From Eledone cirrhosa (lineage: Eukaryota): a stretch of 64,000 nt of DNA. The notes under the pieces were generated by a model. The model did no database searches. It was not told where the DNA came from and saw only the letters and a program-made list of their open reading frames with translations. The stretch lies in NCBI GenBank assembly GCA_964016885.1, contig OZ024758.1, positions 21,452,001-21,516,000 of the forward strand, given 5' to 3'. Positions 60,417 to 64,000 of this stretch are shown piece by piece. Position 1 is the stretch's first letter. The number at the start of each line of letters is the position of its first letter. The position numbers were made by a program, and so were the translations under genes.

Positions 60417-61001
60417 CACACACACATAGGCACACACACACATAGGCACATACATAGTAATGCTTGTGTATTATGTATAAACATACATAAAAATAATAAA
60501 TCTTTAACTAAATGAGGAATCGATATATACATATATATAAGTAGAGTATACAATATATATTTATGAGAAAACGTGTAAAACAGACTTCGAAGTTTCGCCT
60601 TGACCGACCTCATCAGACAATCTGTTGAAGCCAACCGCAGGTATGACCGATGACATTTCAGCCGTAACATGACAGTTTTCTAGTGTGTCTGACTCTAATG
60701 TGTTTTCTAATGTCCAGTGAGTTATTTTGCCGTCGGTTTCTGAGTTATACGACTACATAGAACATCTTTCTTATGGCTTGACAACTTTGCCTTTCATCCT
60801 TACGGGGTAGATAAAATAAAGTACCAGTAATGCACTGGGTAATTGATGGCCTTGTGCCTAAAGTAGAAACATTTATTGCCAGTTATAACATGGTTTAGTT
60901 ATCGCCTATGGATGTCTTTTGTGTAGAATTACGTTGGATGGAGGTTGATTTAATGTTAGTCCTTTAAAGTATAAGGTTTTATTGTACAAAATGGAAGCGC
61001 C

Positions 61002-61293
61002 TTTTGTGGTTATGAAAACGGAAAAGGAAGGGAAAGTCAAGGGCACTAGGGTCACACAAAGATTTGAAGGGGATAGGGCAGGGTGATAGGCTCTAGGCCT
61101 AGGGCGCGTCGGTATTGGGGCTGCATCTCGCGGACAAGACATCAAAATGCAGTGCTTTTTTGGTTATAAAAACGGAAAAGGAAGGGAAAGTCAAGGGCAC
61201 TAGGGTCGCACAAAGATGGGAAGGTGATAGGGGAGGGTGATAGTCTCCAGGACTAGGGCGCAGTAGTAATCGGGCTGAGCCTCGCGGACAAGA
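61002..61293. repeat. Two diverged tandem copies of an about 150-bp GC-rich unit
   Basis: AAAACGGAAAAGGAAGGGAAAGTCAAGGGCACTAGGGTC...CTCGCGGACAAGAC occurs twice. Confidence 0.85.
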
Positions 61294-61746
61294 CCGCAAA
61301 TGCATTCCCACGTGTGTATATTCAAGTCAAATTATTACTATTTTGCATGTGGTGTGATGACTGCAGAAAATTAAATTAACTAATTAATGGGATAGTTATA
61401 AATACACGAAGTATTTTAAGTCCTGTTTTAAATTTAAATTGCAACTGAATTTATAATGTATTTTGTCTCTCCATACAGGGAATTTATTCTAGTCATAAAT
61501 CAGAAATATGAATGACAGCTGTTTCTGACATTGAGTTAAGAACAATATGGGATAGCATCAGTTGTATCTGAAGCATTAGGAGTCATAAAGAAGGTCAATA
61601 CGGAAAGATATATGATACGAGAAGGATAAAATAATACCCATGAACTACGGTCACCATCACGAGCTTTCTTGTTTAAATGCAAAATACTTTAGTTATTGAC
61701 AATTTCAGTAATATAGAAGAAAACATATAGACATTATATATATATA

Positions 61747-62491
61747 GGGCGGTGGATTGGCAGTATCGGTAGAGGGTCGGACGCCATGCTTTCACGCATT
61801 GAGTTACGGCCCTTGCCATTCTGAGTTCAAATCCCGCCGAGGTTAATTTTTCCTTTCAGCCTTACGGGGTCGATATAATAAAGTACCAGTAATACACTGG
61901 ATAATTGCTGGCCTTGTGCCAAAAGTAGAAACAATTATATATATAGAGGGAAATATCTGGGCGGGGGATTGGCAGGATCGGTAGAGGGTCGGAGGCCATA
62001 CTTTGTAGCATACAATTAAGGACCTTTTTGATCTGAGTTCAAATCCCGCCGAGGTTAACTTTGCTTTTCATCCTTACGGGGGTCAATAAAATGAAGTACC
62101 AGTAATGTAATGTTATAATATGGGATAATAAGAGTTATGGCCCTTTACGTTCTGAGTTAAATCCCGCTGAGATTAGCTTTGCCTACCATCCTTACGAGAT
62201 CGATAAAAGAAATCACCAGTAACGCACTGGGGTCGATTTAATCGACTTTACCCGTCTCTATAAAATTGTTGGTCTTGTGCCTAAAGGAGAAACCATTATA
62301 TACAGTGGCAGATTGACAGTATCGGTAGAGGGTCGGACGCCATACTTTACAGCAAATAGTTACGGCCCTTTATGATCTGAGTTCAAACCCCGCGGAGATT
62401 AAGTTTGCTTTTCATCCTCACGGGGTCGATAAAGTAAAGTACCAATAATGTACTGTGTAATTGCTGGCCTTGTGCCTAAAGGTGAACCATT
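61747..62491 (+). mobile_element. Cluster of four head-to-tail SINE S1 copies (plus a partial copy at 60780-60873)
   Basis: Copies start near 61747, 61959, 62130 and 62305. Confidence 0.9.
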
Positions 62492-63789
62492 ATATACAGT
62501 ATGGATTTTAATCATTCTCCAGCTCCTGCTAGATTTTTATCTTGTACTTAGAAAGTACATTGTTATTATAAAGAACGTAGTGTAAACATGACCACTCGTT
62601 GTTATTCCCTGCGAAGCAATTGTAATGTTCATGTTTTCCTATATTGAACGTTATGAGAACAACATAGAGATAGAAAAAATCGAATAGGATTTCAGTAAAA
62701 AAAACAATATAGATTCAGGGTAATCTGTGATTGAGTATTACTTGTATCCTAAATATCAATAATATTTACTATGCAATGAATAAACCATTATTACAAATAA
62801 GAACGAAAGAACAATTTTTATAGGATAGAATTACAACTTTGTTCTGTCCAGAATGTTGAAAATCCCATAAACAGTAAAACGAAGCAATAGTAACAGTAAT
62901 ATCGGCAAATGCAACGGCACTTACAAAAGCAAACGCTCCCTTTTCAATATTATCAAGGCATTATTATGACACTATTAAACTAAAAATCCCTCCACGGAAG
63001 AAACACCGCTCCTCCATCAACAGGATGCATTAATTCTTAACATCCCGTAATTGTTTAGCAGAAAATATGTTAAAATGTGATTGTTGGATCACGTTTATAG
63101 CATCTTTACTGATGGACTCATCTCTAAACATTTCCAGTATTAAAGGAGATATTTTAATTCATGGTGGGGTTTTGTAGCTTTCAAGAATGTCATGCTAATG
63201 TAGTCTCCCATAATACACTGCATTAAAGTAATTCGCAACATCCTGTAATGATTAAACAAACTATTTCAAAAGTGGGGATACAATATTGTGAAAATTTCCA
63301 TTGTTAAACGAACGATTATGTTTTAATAAGATACAATCAGAGTATTGTTTTGTAATTATCAGAAATATCTAACCAATTCGGTTTCATGTGGAACATGACG
63401 TTATGTGTTAATATGCTTATAATACTATACTCTTCTCACCTTACGATGCATCATATAAATTGCAAATGGAAACATCTAACAGACTCCACAAACCTTGAAC
63501 CGCTTCTACTTAATATTCTGTTGAAACAATGGAGACCAGGCGTGGTTCCTTAAACTACTAGAAACAGCAGCACTTTAATACTTAAATTGTGTCCTAATGT
63601 TTTAAATAAGGTAAAGGGACACTTGATATAGATTTAGTTTGTAGCAATCTCTCAATTCATCGGCCATCTCGATATTTACCTAGTGCCCCTAGCGCTCACG
63701 AAATGTTATACTTCCGTATAAATGTTTCCATAAGATAAATTTGATTGTGGCCTTCTATATTTTCCCCTGCCTTTTATCCATGTTTTATG

Positions 63790-63847
<58 letters not shown>

Positions 63848-64000
63848 CGATCGATAGTATCCCAGACCTCATTCGCGCTTGCCGAATGGGGTGAGCCTCG
63901 TCAAATAGGACCAAAGAAACAATGTTTCCATTGGTCTTTCCATTACAGATACTATATACTGGTTTTAATTCCTGGCAAAGGGAGCAACGTCGAAATAAAG

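Noticed and set aside
62850-63280. Decayed RT (AVAFAD-like motif on the minus strand); similar faint LINE-like traces at 15600-16000, 20500-20950, 22450-22780, 55750-56000 and 61530-61650
   Set aside because: Too degenerate to assign by eye; a translated profile-HMM search would be needed.

Overview
AT-rich eukaryotic intergenic or intronic DNA. The SINE families, piggyBac-type MITE and huge (TA)n arrays suggest an octopod cephalopod (inference, not a database result). No host protein-coding gene can be supported; almost all tracked ORFs are microsatellite read-throughs. The only long real ORF is a 5'-truncated CR1-group LINE reverse transcriptase (51671-53848). Also present: fragments of L1/Tx1, RTE and R4/Dong LINEs, mariner ends, hAT and piggyBac MITEs, more than 20 tRNA-derived SINE copies, a 70-bp minisatellite and a 200-N gap. 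The most notable signal is about 10 different short non-coding repeat families sitting in or beside (TA)n arrays. They carry minimal type I hammerhead ribozyme (HHR) motifs, including core variants (compensatory U3-A8, U4C, U4A), and very often form fold-back structures that turn at or near the ribozyme. They are best read as Penelope-like pLTR or retrozyme-like units associated with TA microsatellites. All folds and family groupings were made by eye; ribozyme activity is untested.
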